A DNA stretch of 62,391 nt, filler included, from Sluysia triapertura (lineage: Eukaryota), in assembly GCA_046118255.1 (NCBI GenBank). It is 5 parts of 5 records of this genome, joined end to end, with 100 filler letters (N's around TTAATTAATTAA, not from the genome) between each part and the next. Parts side by side here need not be neighbours in the genome. Positions count along the whole stretch, not along the records: positions 1 to 12,684 come from JBJNIA010090457.1; positions 12,785 to 25,861 come from JBJNIA010061536.1; 3 more parts are not named here. One strand, given 5' to 3'. A program made the translations under genes and the position numbers. The notes under the pieces are model-generated. The model was not told the DNA's origin. It did no database searches and worked only from the letters and a program-made list of their open reading frames with translations. Of the stretch, positions 1 through 12,862 are shown piece after piece. The first letter of the stretch is position 1. Each line of letters opens with the position of its first letter.

Positions 1-305
1 CTTATCTTAAAGAATTACATTGCTTGCCAATAAAAGAAAGAATAGAATTCAAAATCATGACAATAACTTGGAAACCAAGATGAATATTTCATTGAGACAT
101 AATAATAATAATAATGTATACAGAATCCACAGTGATAACAAGCTGGGTGATAGGTTACATACTGTTTATGTCTCAAAAGTATACAACCAGTTACCAGAGA
201 ATGTCAAATTACTGGAAGATTATAAAATATTTAAGAAAAAAGCAAAGTTGTTTCGGTTTCTGAAAGATTTAATTTGTAGTTGATATGAGCGCAATATAAA
301 TTATT
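1..305 (+). mobile_element. L2-clade LINE 3' fragment (internally deleted)
   Basis: Begins cttatcttaaagaattacatt (YLKELH) and shares long blocks with 5347-5595, 41480-42140 and 49873-50179. Ends gatatgagcgcaatataaatt followed by an (ATT)-rich tail. Confidence 0.75.
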
Positions 306-1794
306 ATTTATTATAATATATTATTAATATAATATTATTATTTATTATTAACACAATTTAATGTTATAACTGTTTATATATTATTATCGTACATATATTA
401 TTGGTCAAATTCAATATCAGTGAAAAATACTATATAAAGAGGTGATTCACCATAACAAAATCAATGAATAAAATTAGAATCAGTTGGAACATAATTATCT
501 CAAGTGAGATAAAAATTGGCAAAATAAAATAAAAGTGTAATTTTTAAGTTATAAAATTATAATTAAAATAAAAGCATCAATTTAGTGAAATTTGTTAATC
601 TTCATTTTGAAAAATTTTAATTTTAACATTTTGTTCACTGCTACAGTCATTTTGGTAAAATTTGGATTCCTTTTTTTGTTCGCGATATATTTAGATTTAT
701 TTTTTGGAGGAGTTATTTTGGATCCACGTTTTTAACTCTGATTCAGAATGAAGTTGTTCTTGCAGCTATAACGGAATCTGACATTCCCGACGAATAAAAT
801 ATAATTGATACTTGTTTTATATCTTTATTGAAGGAGAATAACGTTTTAAAAAAACTTCTAGCATTTCTCCAGGGGATATCAAATAAGTTATCATGTCATT
901 GGCAGCCCAGTGCTAATGACATTATGAACAATTGTTGAAGAAATTACTACTTACTGATCAATCATGATTGATGTAAATAAATAGATACATCGAAAGTGGC
1001 GCTTCTATATTTGATCTTATTTTGTTTTTTGAAATGTGACACAATTTTATTTTAATAAAACTAGCACAGATTTTAATTTATTTTGTGAATTTTCTCATGC
1101 ATTTAATTCAAACATTCCACATACACAGACATACATACATACATGCACCAATGCACTTTTCATCAATCATGTTGATCACTTAAATGTCATTAATATAATT
1201 TAAATGTCATTCGCATTGGATATTTTAAATTACGATTCAACAACATCTTTATCAAATAAATTTATTGAAAATCATTAAAAAATTAATTAAATCAATTACA
1301 TGTAGTATTATATACATACTCCATTTTAATTTTCAATAGCAAACAGAATTTTTATTATTTGTCAAATGTGACACTTAAGACTGATGAAAATGATGTCATT
1401 TTGTGTGGATAATAATTATAATTAATCAAATTTTAGTTACAAAAAGGAAAAATAATTTAATAACGAAAAAGTAATAATAATAATACTCTATAAGAAAAAA
1501 AAGAAGTGTGCCAAATAATAATAATAAACAAAACAACAGTGATTTCATATTTTTCCACCATATTTACCAATGTTTATTTTAAACAATCTTTAAATTTGTC
1601 TTACAAAATTTGATTGATTAAATTTTAAATCAACAATTCGATCAATAAAACAAAGATTTTTTACAACATACAACTGCGGTTATAGAAGTTAATTCGAACA
1701 AACAATGGTAAAATAGTGAATTTATTTTCTTTATTTAAAAAAGTGTTGTTCTAAATTTACATAAAATAAAAGTTTTCTTGGAAATATCATTTAT

Positions 1795-1890
1795 ATTTTA
1801 CTTTTACATTGTACTTTTTATATTGTATTTTTATATCGTACTTTCTTATATTGTATTTTTTTATATTGTACTTTTACATTGTACTTTTTT
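1795..1890. repeat. Degenerate minisatellite, about 13-16 bp unit (ttttacattgtac / ttttatattgtat)
   Basis: About seven imperfect units are visible directly. Confidence 0.7.
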
Positions 1891-2468
1891 ATAAATGTTT
1901 ATTTTAACCATTTCGTATGACTTATTGTTGCAATTATTTTACAAATTTCCACTACTTATATTTATAACAAAATTGTGGTGTGTCTTGTGTTGTGTGAGTC
2001 ATACATTTTTATGTAGTAGTATTAAACTGTACATTTTTCGTATTTACATTTACCATTTCAGTATTCTTTTAAAAATCTAATGTGACATATATAACCCATT
2101 AAGTACGAAAAGATTAACTCACTAAATTCGTTATGAATAAAGTTCAACATATTTATCTTTTATTATTTTCACTCTGTAGGAAATATTACATACAAAACTG
2201 ATTAGAAAATAAGATTTTATATATTTTGCTGCCAATCACATTCAATTAATTTTCTAATTAATTAATTCCTCCTAATAGTTAAATACGTATACATGTCGTG
2301 ACAATAAGGGTCCATTTTTGTTTGGTTATTTATTTATCTTTGATTTCAGCACTTTTACAAATGCCTATTTTTAAAAATACTTATAACATCTTTTTATCAT
2401 TACTTTTATTTTTATATTTTATTTTAAAATCTATCTTCATAATACTTTTATTCAAAAATCATTCTAAT

Positions 2469-2863
2469 TGTTAGGTTGTCATTGCAACGTTTTTAGAAAT
2501 TAAAAAACAACAACAAAAATAGCTTATAATATTAATTTAAGCCTATTTTCTAAAAAAGAAAACTCTTTACTAAAAATAGACAAAGACGTTTGTATGATTG
2601 GCTGTGGGCTTATATAAATAACTGCAGTGAGTCATAAAGAATCACATTTATAATTCAATTCTTAAAACAATGAGAGTCAATTTTAAAATCTAGTCAGTTG
2701 AACTTCAATTATCAAAATGTGGATCACTTTTCTACCAATTACAATTTACTTGAATTAATTTTTATAATTTTTTATTATTTGCCCCGATATGTGGGGAAAA
2801 TTTTTGTAAATATAATTGTCAAATTTTTTTACATCTTTTCATTTTTGCTGCTTTAATTTAGTA

Positions 2864-2909
<46 letters not shown>

Positions 2910-3029
2910 CAGATTCACGCACAAATAGTTATAGGAACGCCTTCTATACGATATAAGTCGTTTACGATGACAGGACCCTGCTCAATTGTTATTTTTCCCT
3001 AGTTTTAGATTTAAGAAAAAACTACAGCA
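2469..3029 (+). mobile_element. Solo-LTR-like repeat, family C (TGTTAGG...CTACAGCA)
   Basis: Starts tgttaggttgtcattgcaacg and ends aaaaactacagca (TG...CA). The internal block cgtttacgatgacaggaccctgctcaa matches reverse copies at 3618-4406, 6300-6606, 6748-6900 and 29135-29900. Confidence 0.55.
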
Positions 3030-3617
3030 TACTGTGATCCAATTGATTTTAATCCTTTAATAGCCAAAGTTCAATTTTTAACACCTTGTAATGTCCGCTT
3101 AAATTAAAATATATCTAATTATTATAATGACAACATTTTTGAAACCATTTATGTACGAAGTGCTTTTAAAAAAGTACAAAAATAGTAGTTATTATTTAAT
3201 TATTTCTAACATTTATTTTCTACTTTAATGAATAATGAAGTTGTGTTTAAATACTTTACATTATTATCACTTTCACTTTGTATCATCTTTATTCAAGGTC
3301 ATCGAGAATTCAGACTGGTGAGATTCCATCTCTTAAGTGCCACATTAAGTAAACTTTTTGTAATTAATAAATAAATTAGTCAAATTAAGACAACTTTTAA
3401 AAAAAGTAAACAATTTTAAGTAAACAAACATCGAATAAACATTACTCATCAACTTTATTTTAGAAAATTATTATTATTATCATTTATTATTATCATTATC
3501 ATTATCATTATTATTATCATTATTATTTATTATTATTTATTATTATTATTATCTCATATTACACAAGTATTATAGAAGTTTTTGCTATAAGCAATAAAAA
3601 TGAAAATAATAGAAAAA

Positions 3618-4406
3618 TGCTGAAGTAGTTTTTCTAACACTCTAACAGCAAAATATTTTTGAGCCGGGTCCGGTTACAGTAAACGTCTTACAACCTATCG
3701 TTGGCGCTTATGTAAGTAACATCTCTAACTAACAAATTAATTGTAGTGGGTCTTATAGTCACTCAATAATATTAAATAATTAAACAACGTAAAGATTTTA
3801 ATCCTTTTATTAAAAAACACAAAAATTCAAATAGCTTCAAAAGCACAATAAAATTCAAATCACTTAAGACTATGGATTGCAAGAATAAAAATGATTAATT
3901 TAAATATTAAAGCTCCGTGGGCGTTTAATCTAGTGCTAATAAAGTTTACGTAGAATTTATCCTTCAATATATCGAGGACTTTATAAATTAATACGAAATT
4001 TAAGTGTAATTTATAATTTTAACTTGAAAAGTTAAAATCTCCCTTAATAAATATATAATTTACAAAAAATTGATAACGTCCAAAATTGATTAACGAATAT
4101 CGCGAAATTGTGACAGTTACTAAATTCACAATTAGCTTGAATTGCACGTAGAAGTAACGAATTTGCAATTACCAAAATGGCGATTTTCATTGTTTTGATG
4201 CTAGTTTATATACTAGTCATCATCCAATGAAAATCGATGGAATGTTCTAGAATATTCTAGAAATATTTTAGAAATTTTATTTTCTTTTTTTGTAAAATAA
4301 TTAATTAAGTAATTAAGTAATGGTTTTAAATATTTTTAAATAATTTTAAAGTGACGTTTTTTGACATTTTGGAATTATTTTACAGCGTTGTAATGACAAC
4401 CTAACA
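3618..4406 (-). mobile_element. Solo-LTR-like repeat, family C, with CCAAT box and heat-shock-element array
   Basis: Ends cgttgtaatgacaacctaaca (reverse complement matches the 2469 terminus at 20/21). Contains gagccgggtccggttacagtaaacgtcttaca and an nGAAnnTTCn array at 4240-4262. Confidence 0.55.
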
Positions 4407-5346
4407 AAAATAAAAATAAATAAAATAAAAGTAAAGTAATAAATTAATTCAAAAGAAAATGAAACAATAATTAAAATAAAATAAAATACAATTAACACAA
4501 GTACACAATTAGTATAATTAATAAACTTTGAAGAAATTATTAAATAAATAAAACAAAATTACTTTACCGGCTTTCATAATTAATATGATAATCATTATAT
4601 TAAAATAATTTCTTCATTGAAATAATTAATTTAATTCAACCCTTTCAGTAAGTGTTGCTTGGCAACCAATTCACGCAAATTGATATTCACCATCAAAGTG
4701 TGTGAGAAGGTATTGACGAAGTGATACATCAAAGTCAAATAATATCGGCCAAAAAAACTAATAAAATATAGGTTTTTTTTCGATCGATAGTTGAAAAATA
4801 AACATTCGGCATTATTTATCATAAGGTATTTGATAAAGCAATTAGTGGAGACGATTCTAAAATCAGTATGTACATTAAAATATATTATGAAGATCCTATT
4901 TTTATGATGGATAATTATAATAAATAATTATGATATTTTCCTTTTTTAAATCCAATAGAAAATGTGTTTTCGGTTTGGAAAAATTTACTGATCCAAGAGA
5001 GCACAAACAATGAAAAAGTTAATTTTTGATGAATGTGGAGAAATAACTCAAACACTTTCATATTTAAATAAAGCTGTAAAGAAAGAAATAATAATAATAA
5101 TAACAAAAACTAAATTTCATTTTTAAACTAATTCAATATTTTTATTTTTCAAATATATTTATATTACTTATTTGATTGCAAAGTTTATGTTATTCGTGCA
5201 AAATTGACGTAATGGATCGGAAAAGCATGTAAAGAAAAATGTTAAAATAATTAATGAAGTGATGCTTATAAGAAGCAGTAAATTAACCTTGCGGAGGGCG
5301 CGTATATCTGTATCTTTATTAACATATCTTTTAAAAATAATAAAGA

Positions 5347-5595
5347 AATTGGAAACCAAAGATGAATATTTCATTGAGACAATAATCCACAGTGATAGGT
5401 TGTATACCGTTTATATTTCAAAAATGTACTATCCAGTTACCAGAGAATGTCAAATTACTGGAAGATTATGAAATAGTTAAGAAAAGGCAATGTTCTTTCT
5501 GTATCAGAAATATTAAAATGAATCATTTATTTTAAGCACTTTTGAGTACTTACTTTGTAGAAGATATGAGTGCAATATAAATTAATATATTATTA
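5347..5595 (+). mobile_element. L2-clade LINE 3' fragment
   Basis: aattggaaaccaaagatgaatatttcattgagac ... ccagagaatgtcaaattactggaagattatg ... gatatgagtgcaatataaatt, homologous to the other three copies. Confidence 0.75.
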
Positions 5596-5637
5596 TATAC
5601 TGAAATAAAAATAAAATTAAAATTAAGAAACTACAAA

Positions 5638-6110
5638 TACAATGATGGCCAAATTCAACATTTTTCTAGGATGGTATGAAACTATTAATCAAGTGTGTAA
5701 AAAGATTGTCACGGAAAATGTAAAATGTTGGAAAATAACTACTTTCTTCAAAAAATTCTGGTAAAAGTAAAATAATAGATAAAAATACTGAGATCCAAAA
5801 CATACAGAAATTTTATTCATGTAGAATGGTATCACAATTTACTACAAATCAAATAGGTACAAACTGTTGTATCAGTACTTTGTTTGTCCTTTGTTATCCA
5901 ATAATTTCCTGATCTTTAAAAGCATGCCACTGATGAGCACAAGTCTTTGATCTCGTCATCATGATGCCATACTTTCATCATGGTTTCAATAAGTTCCGTC
6001 CTGGTGGTTGGTTTATGGTTAGAAACTTACCTTTTGACAATCTCCCACAAATTTTCTATAGGATTCATATCTTAAGAGTTTCCAGGCCAGGGTAGCAAAT
6101 AAATCTGTAG
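5638..6110 (-). mobile_element. Tc1-family transposon 3' remnant (dead transposase)
   Basis: Minus strand reads LPWPGNS*DMNPIENLWEIVKR*VSNHKPTTRTELIE...KGQTKY*, matching the Tc1 WPxxSPDLNPIENLW motif and the KGGxTKY C-terminus. Putative TA-CAATG terminus at 5638. Confidence 0.85.
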
Positions 6111-6299
6111 ATATCTGTCACAACATTTTCTTAGATTGTCGGCTAATTCGTTTGAATACAATAAGTTAATTGGAATTTATCAGTAACTTTTCTTCAAAAT
6201 AACCTTTCCTAAATTGGATTTTGTAATAATTTAGTACAAATTTGTAATATGCTCAATTTGACAATCTTATTCTTAAGACATTAATAATTTATTATTATT

Positions 6300-6606
6300 T
6301 AAATCTACAACAAAATAAAAATTGAGCAAGGTCCGGTTACAGTAAACGTCTTACAGCGTATAGTTGGCGTTGTTGTAACTTAAAATTAACAATCGTACTA
6401 TATTTATTCGTCTAATGCGTCTCTGACTTAGTAACAGCTAAGAGGGTCTTATATAGTTTATATAGAATAATCTAGAAACTTATTTTCTATTTTTAGTAAG
6501 GAATTTTCTTTTTTAGAAAATAACTTTCTTTTAAGAAATTGAGTGGATTAATTTCTTTTTTGTTTTAAGTTTAATGATTTTAAAGGGTTGTGATGACACC
6601 CTAACA
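6300..6606 (-). mobile_element. Solo-LTR-like repeat, family C (shortened)
   Basis: Contains ttgagcaaggtccggttacagtaaacgtcttaca and the terminus ggttgtgatgacaccctaaca. Confidence 0.55.
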
Positions 6607-6747
6607 TTATTATCATTATCATTATTATTGTTGTTATTGCTATCATCACTATTATTATAACTATCATTATTATTATTATCATTATTGTTATAAGTAAATA
6701 AAACTTAAATTAACAATATAAAAACTTTTCAAAGAATATTAATAATC

Positions 6748-6900
6748 TGCTGTAGTTTTTCTAATACTTAACCGACGGCAAAATATTTTTGAGCAGGGTC
6801 CTATGTCTTATGTCGTGAAGAGGGTATTTATGTAATTGTATAAGCTAAATAGTAATGCTTCTTAATTAGGGTCTTATTAAATGCTCACTTATATAAATCG
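6748..6900 (-). mobile_element. Family C repeat 3'-end fragment
   Basis: tgctgtagtttttctaatac...aaaatatttttgagcagggtcc matches the 3618-3675 end. Confidence 0.5.
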
Positions 6901-7341
6901 TTTAACATTACGTGTTCCCTAAAATCTTTACTGAAGCAAGTTAACTATCTCCTAACTAAAACCAATAACTTCACAAATACTTAATATTTAAAAAGAAACC
7001 AAACAATAATTTATAACGTGGTGTTACAACTATTGACAATGACTTTATTACAGTAACAACACAAAAGACATATTCAAAATTCACTTTATACAATGTCACT
7101 TCTTTACACATAACTCAATACACAAATAACAATTCACAAACAACAAATTTCAATATAAATTTATTTGTATCAAATGTCTTACAATCAACCAGTTGCTTCT
7201 AATTCTAAGTTACCAACATAATAGTTCGTTTCTTCACATTTGCCATAACGAATTCGTATTAATTTATTCCTTTTTTTATTTATTCCTTTTTTATTTTTAT
7301 ACTTTTCTCTTCATTTTACCAAAAGCTTAATAATATTCTAG

Positions 7342-7832
7342 ATAAAAACTGTCGAAATGCGCACACTGAAAGAAGACACTAGTTATGCTAAGAGACATTT
7401 TCTATTAGTACGCTAAACATATTTTCCAAGAAGCAACGAGATTGAGTCGATGTTTCACCAACTTGGAAGAATTTTAGATCAATCTAAGCTCCAAAAAATA
7501 TGGTTTTTTATATTCAACGTTACGCATCAGTCTGATTTTACTAATGGGATTTTTTGGAAGATTCCTAACGCTCATTGAAGCTTCAACGTCGGTTCGATAC
7601 ATTATTGAACGTTTATATTTTATGTTTGACCTCGAGATAGCTATAATTCCTGTAAGTTTAGTTTTTGAGGTCTTTTTGTATTAAACTACTTTTATATTTT
7701 GTCTACCAATGAAGATTCCAGCCTGTTTATGTATCCCGAACAAGTCTGGACAATATGTTTATTTAATGTTCAGTGGCATACTGCCTTTATGTTATCCAAG
7801 ATATGAAATTTTTTATTTTATTTTACACTAGA
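7342..7832 (+). pseudogene. Decayed orphan coding segment
   Basis: About 160 codons readable (IKTVEMRTLKEDTSYAKRHFLLVR*TYFPRSNEIESMFHQLGRILDQ.../FGRFLTLIEASTSVRYIIERLYF...) with two stops and one frameshift. GC is higher than the flanks. No recognisable domain. Confidence 0.35.
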
Positions 7833-10800
7833 ACCTTAAATTCCTTTCTAGATTTAGTAAATGCTTTCATTTAAGTAATGTTAATAAAAATATAAAGATT
7901 TGATTTCATTAATTAATTCGAATTATTTTTATTTAATCACGATGATCAAGTTTAATTGCGAATTTACAATACATTACAACTTAGTAAATATATGATTTTA
8001 AACGTAGAAAGAAATTGGGCATAATATAGAATAACTATAGAAAAATAATTACAGAATAGAACTGAAGAATTTATTGATCATAATGTGATATCAGAATAGG
8101 GAATACACACACACACACACACTAAATAACTGATTATAACTGATATTTCTGCACACAAATTCATAAAATTTAAGTTATTTTATGTTACTGCTTTCCCATT
8201 GGACAATTATATTGCAGGTTATAATTGAATAGGAAATCTCGCTACTAGGCAATAACATGTACTCCCAAAGACCATGAAATTTTTCGGACAAATCAGTTTT
8301 AAAATTTATTGTATAAGTAAGTTTGAAGTGCTCTGATGGATAAACTTGATTGCCGACAAAAGAATGGACCATAATGAACATATTTTTACTAGTGCATTAG
8401 TGCAACAACAAAATAACATTCTACTTAACAGCTAAGAACATTTTTTGTACGAATATTAAATGTCTTGAACCAGTCAGAACATGTTACGATAAGGAAATTA
8501 CGGTTATAGCCGTCAAGAGTTATCGCAAACATTTTTGAAAATGTGTGATAATTTTAGTTTTTAGACATACAAATTATGTTTATTAGCTTTAGGTAGCATT
8601 AAAGTGCATTTTTGGGCAAGATTGATGAAAAAAGTGTACGTCAATGTGTTAAATTTGAAACATCTGATTTACATTATTCGAAATCGTAAAATGTAAGTTT
8701 GAGTATAAATCTCAAGGTAATTTTTATAAGTTGGTAATAAAGCAAATTGTGAAATTTTTAAACATGATAATTTAAAGCACTAGTCCAATTGATAATCAAC
8801 ATCTTTAAGAATGTATTCTCAAAAAGTTACACTAGGCTAATAACCACATTTCTGTATATTCATATTCTCTCATACATACATTACAGAATCGATATTCTTA
8901 CTGACTCATACAAAATCACCATACGACTTTTTTCACTATATATTAATCTTTTCCAAAGCTTCAGTAACTAGAATTCAAAATTGTTACCATCGTTATTAAT
9001 TCTTTCATTGCTTTATGTATCAATTACAAATTATTACCGATCCCAAACATTATAAGCGTATTGTCACTTATTGAATCGCATCATTACTTTTCTTATTACA
9101 TTCTTACTCAGAGAATTCGTCTTAATTTTCAAAAACTGTTTCATTATTATCTTTGTTATTTTTAGTATTTTATTATGTATTATTATTATTATGGTTGTTA
9201 TTAGTAAATTAATGTTGTTAACATTAATTACAAATTCTAACTACTTGTTATTCAAAGTAGATTATTTTTGTATTAAATTTTTATTGTCAGTAATCGACAC
9301 ACAAACGAACAGAATTTAAAAATAAATGTTAATATTCAAGCTTTCCATGGCATAATGTACGATAGAAATTTTAATTTTAGTGTATTTTTAATAACATTAA
9401 ATTTCTGATATTTGAAAGAAATATTTCGAATTTCAATTAATTAGGAGATTAATTGAAATAAAGTAATGAAAAATAAATTTCTGAATTACCTTTTGTTATT
9501 TTTTAAACCATTTGAATTCATATCAATCGAATCTAAACATCTTACGATGAATCTCAAATTCTGAATTCATTAAACATGAAACTAAATTTCTGTGATTATC
9601 AACCATATAAAGTCATTTGGAAAGTTTATTCAGGAAAGTTTCGCACTCTGTATTTAAAGTGGATAGGATTAGTTTTCGTCATGATTTTTCCCTTTTTAAA
9701 ATGTTATGTTTTTTTGAAAATAAATTGTAGCAGAATTAGATGAAATTGCGCTTGAAGACTTGGAATATTTGATATTTAAGATATGTAAAATACATTCATT
9801 CGTCAAATGCGCTCCTATTATAATTGTAATCTCGAAAGATGCGATTCGAATTAGTGCGAGTAAATGAATCTTTTTAAAATGATATAATAGCTGCATATGC
9901 AACAACTCGGTGGCATCGTGTACCAGAAGTTGTGCTACGAATATGTTCGTATATTAACGCAATTGATTAATGAAGAGCCATTGTTTAGCGGTAAGCAACA
10001 AAACGTTTTTAGTTTATCAATTGATGGATATCTTATATTTTTTACAATATTCATCCAATTTGTTCTAGAATTGATGTGTGTGTGTGTGTGTTTTATTTTT
10101 CTTACACATCTCCATTAAAATGACAGTAAAATTTGTGCGACTAATATTTAGAAAAGTAAAAATAAGTTTAAAGGCAAATTGAATACGAAATAAATTTGAA
10201 TCCGAGTCTGAAACTGAATTATATTCCAAATAACGTTTTAAGTCTAAGAGCAAATGTAAATAAAGTCAATATTTAATTCTATTATATCTTGTGTGTTGTA
10301 CAAGCATGTATTATTGAAGTCTTACATTTTCAGACATTGAATAGTAATTCTAAGTAACGCATTGATGTGCCGGAGTCGTGTCCCAGGGAGGGGCAAGACC
10401 TCGACCTTGCGCCCCTAAACACTACCACCAATGATCAAAAATCACTATATATTGACTCTACATTTCTTTATTTTTCTATTTTTCTAAAAGCAATTTTGTC
10501 TGAAACTTTCGAAAAAAGAAACAAGGAAATTCAATAAATAATGCACTTTGAGAATGTTCATAGTAATATTTTAAATTATCACAATGTCTTAAACTATCTT
10601 GCAAATTAAACAATTTACTGCGTACAACTTGATTATTTAACATATAACAAATATAATCAACTAGTTTAACTGGTTAAGAACAATTTTCAAAATTACTGAT
10701 ATCTCTAAAAATATTTTGAATTAGTCTAGACCCTTCTCGGATTCAATTCTGAGAAAAGTTTCGCCTCTAAAAACATCACCCCTGATATTATTTCTGAAAA

Positions 10801-12684
10801 ATGTTTGATTTCTAACGTTAATTCTGAGAGTTGTTTCATCTCTAACAATGTTGTAATCTATTCTAAATCTATTTAAAATTTGCATAAGAAAACTCATAAT
10901 ATTTGAAATTAAATATGCATCATCTGAGAAGTAATACGAATATTTATTTATTTTTAGCTAATTCAAAAATCGTAATAAAATATGTAAAAAAAATAAATTG
11001 TAATAAAAAATATGATTATAAAATTAAATTGTACAATTTTAGGGTATAAAAAATTAAAAATAAATTATACTAAATATAACAAAAGAAAATTAGGACCATA
11101 TTGTGATAGGGAAGTAATCACATATTCAAACAAAAAGAATGTGATTTTTTAATTAATGTAATTTTTAATTAACATATAATTTTTAATTAATGTCTAATTT
11201 TTAGCAAAAACATCAATTTATTACGTTTAATTTGGCGTCCTAATGGTCCATACTTAAAACTGTGCTAAAAGGTTGATACATCAGTAAAAATAAAATGATA
11301 ACTGATAATGGCGATGATGAGAACTCTACAACAAAAGGCATAATATTTACGTATTTGGTTATTACAATTTGATTTAATTGGTTTGATTTTAATTACAAGA
11401 TTTTGCGGTTTGAAGTTTTATAATTCATGAATTGTATGGAGCACAGTGAATTAATAATGTTTGACGTTTATTTGGTGTAAATATAATTGCTGGTAAATTT
11501 AACGGTTAATAACTAAAATATATTTTGGTGTAGGATTTTGTATTGTGTAAGTTGAAGTAGTGATATGTAGAAAATATTTTATATGTAATTATATATGGCT
11601 TGAATTATGACTTGTATGAATTTATGTATGAGAACGATGATTGGATTATAGTGATAACTTATCTAAAAGATAATGAAGTAATTTTCTTAAATTTAAGATC
11701 AAATACTGTGAAAGCTGTAAAATTTAGATTAAATACAAATAATAATGAGATTCACTTAATCTATGTACATTTAGTCATTTAAGACTGATTATTCGGTTCA
11801 ACTACATTTCAATCTATTGTAATGAATATACTTTCTAAATAGGCTAAATTATTTCCAATCAATATATAACTATATAAAAAGAACATCTTGATTATGACTA
11901 TTACATATACATAACTTTAAAAATAGATAATTTAATATTATATAAACTAAAAACTTACAATTCATTAATAATATCAACCAAAGCCAACGATAAATGATAG
12001 GAATTTCCCGACAAAATGACAATAAAAGACATTTTTTCATGATCTTTGCTTATTTGAACGGCTTCAAAATTTTTATTTTCTCGCATATCCAAACAAACTT
12101 CTTTAATAAACTTCATATCGTACTTAATAAATAATAATGTTAAACATTGAACAAAACATTAGATTTAGTTAACTTTTATTGCGTTTTAAAATTGTTTATG
12201 CAATTTGCCAATAATCATTTACATCCAAAAAAAATACTACCAAATTGCGTGTTTATTTATTAATACGAAAATAATCATTATAAATCTTATTCGTGTTTAT
12301 TCTGTAAGTCTGACAGAAGTTTCTAAATTAAGAAACACACACCAGTGAGAAGACTAGCATCCAATGAATGTTCAAATAAATAAACAAAACATATACTTTA
12401 CAAAATTATAGTGAATATTCTATTTTAGACGTATTTTTATGGATACTGAGATATATCGAGTTAAATGTAGAATCATGAAATTAAGTAATGTTAAAGTTGA
12501 TAATTTGAAAAAAGATTGACTATAGATACTTCAAAGTCAAACTTAACTATGACTAAAAAAGAAATTAATGTTTAACTAAAAACTGCTTTTATTTTAAATT
12601 ATTCTCATCTTACTACCCAAGAGATAATGATTTTAATAATTATATCATACGGGCCAATATAATATTAGAAAAATCATTTAAAAG

Positions 12685-12783
12685 NNNNNNNNNNNNNNNN
12701 NNNNNNNNNNNNNNNNNNNNNNNNNNNNTTAATTAATTAANNNNNNNNNNNNNNNNNNNNNNNNNNNNNNNNNNNNNNNNNNN
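12685..12783. other. Assembly gap with TTAATTAATTAA spacer
   Basis: N-run, 12-mer with stops in all frames, N-run. The same construct occurs at 25862-25961, 37918-38017 and 49111-49210. Confidence 0.95.
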
Positions 12784-12831
12784 NTATCATTATTATTATT
12801 ATCATTATTATTATTATCATTATTATTATTA

Positions 12832-12862
<31 letters not shown>

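Noticed and set aside
3228-3318. Possible signal-peptide first exon (MNNEVVFKYFTLLSLSLCIIFIQG...GTGAG)
   Set aside because: Short, wedged between two repeats and no compatible downstream exon could be shown.
2469-4406. Single 1.9-kb DNA transposon with 21-bp TIRs
   Set aside because: The same terminus occurs unpaired at 6606 and each half has its own second end, so two opposed copies fit better.
12729-12740. TTAATTAATTAA palindrome recurring four times inside N-runs
   Set aside because: It is always centred in a roughly 100-nt gap and has stops in all six frames, so it is a scaffolding spacer rather than biology.
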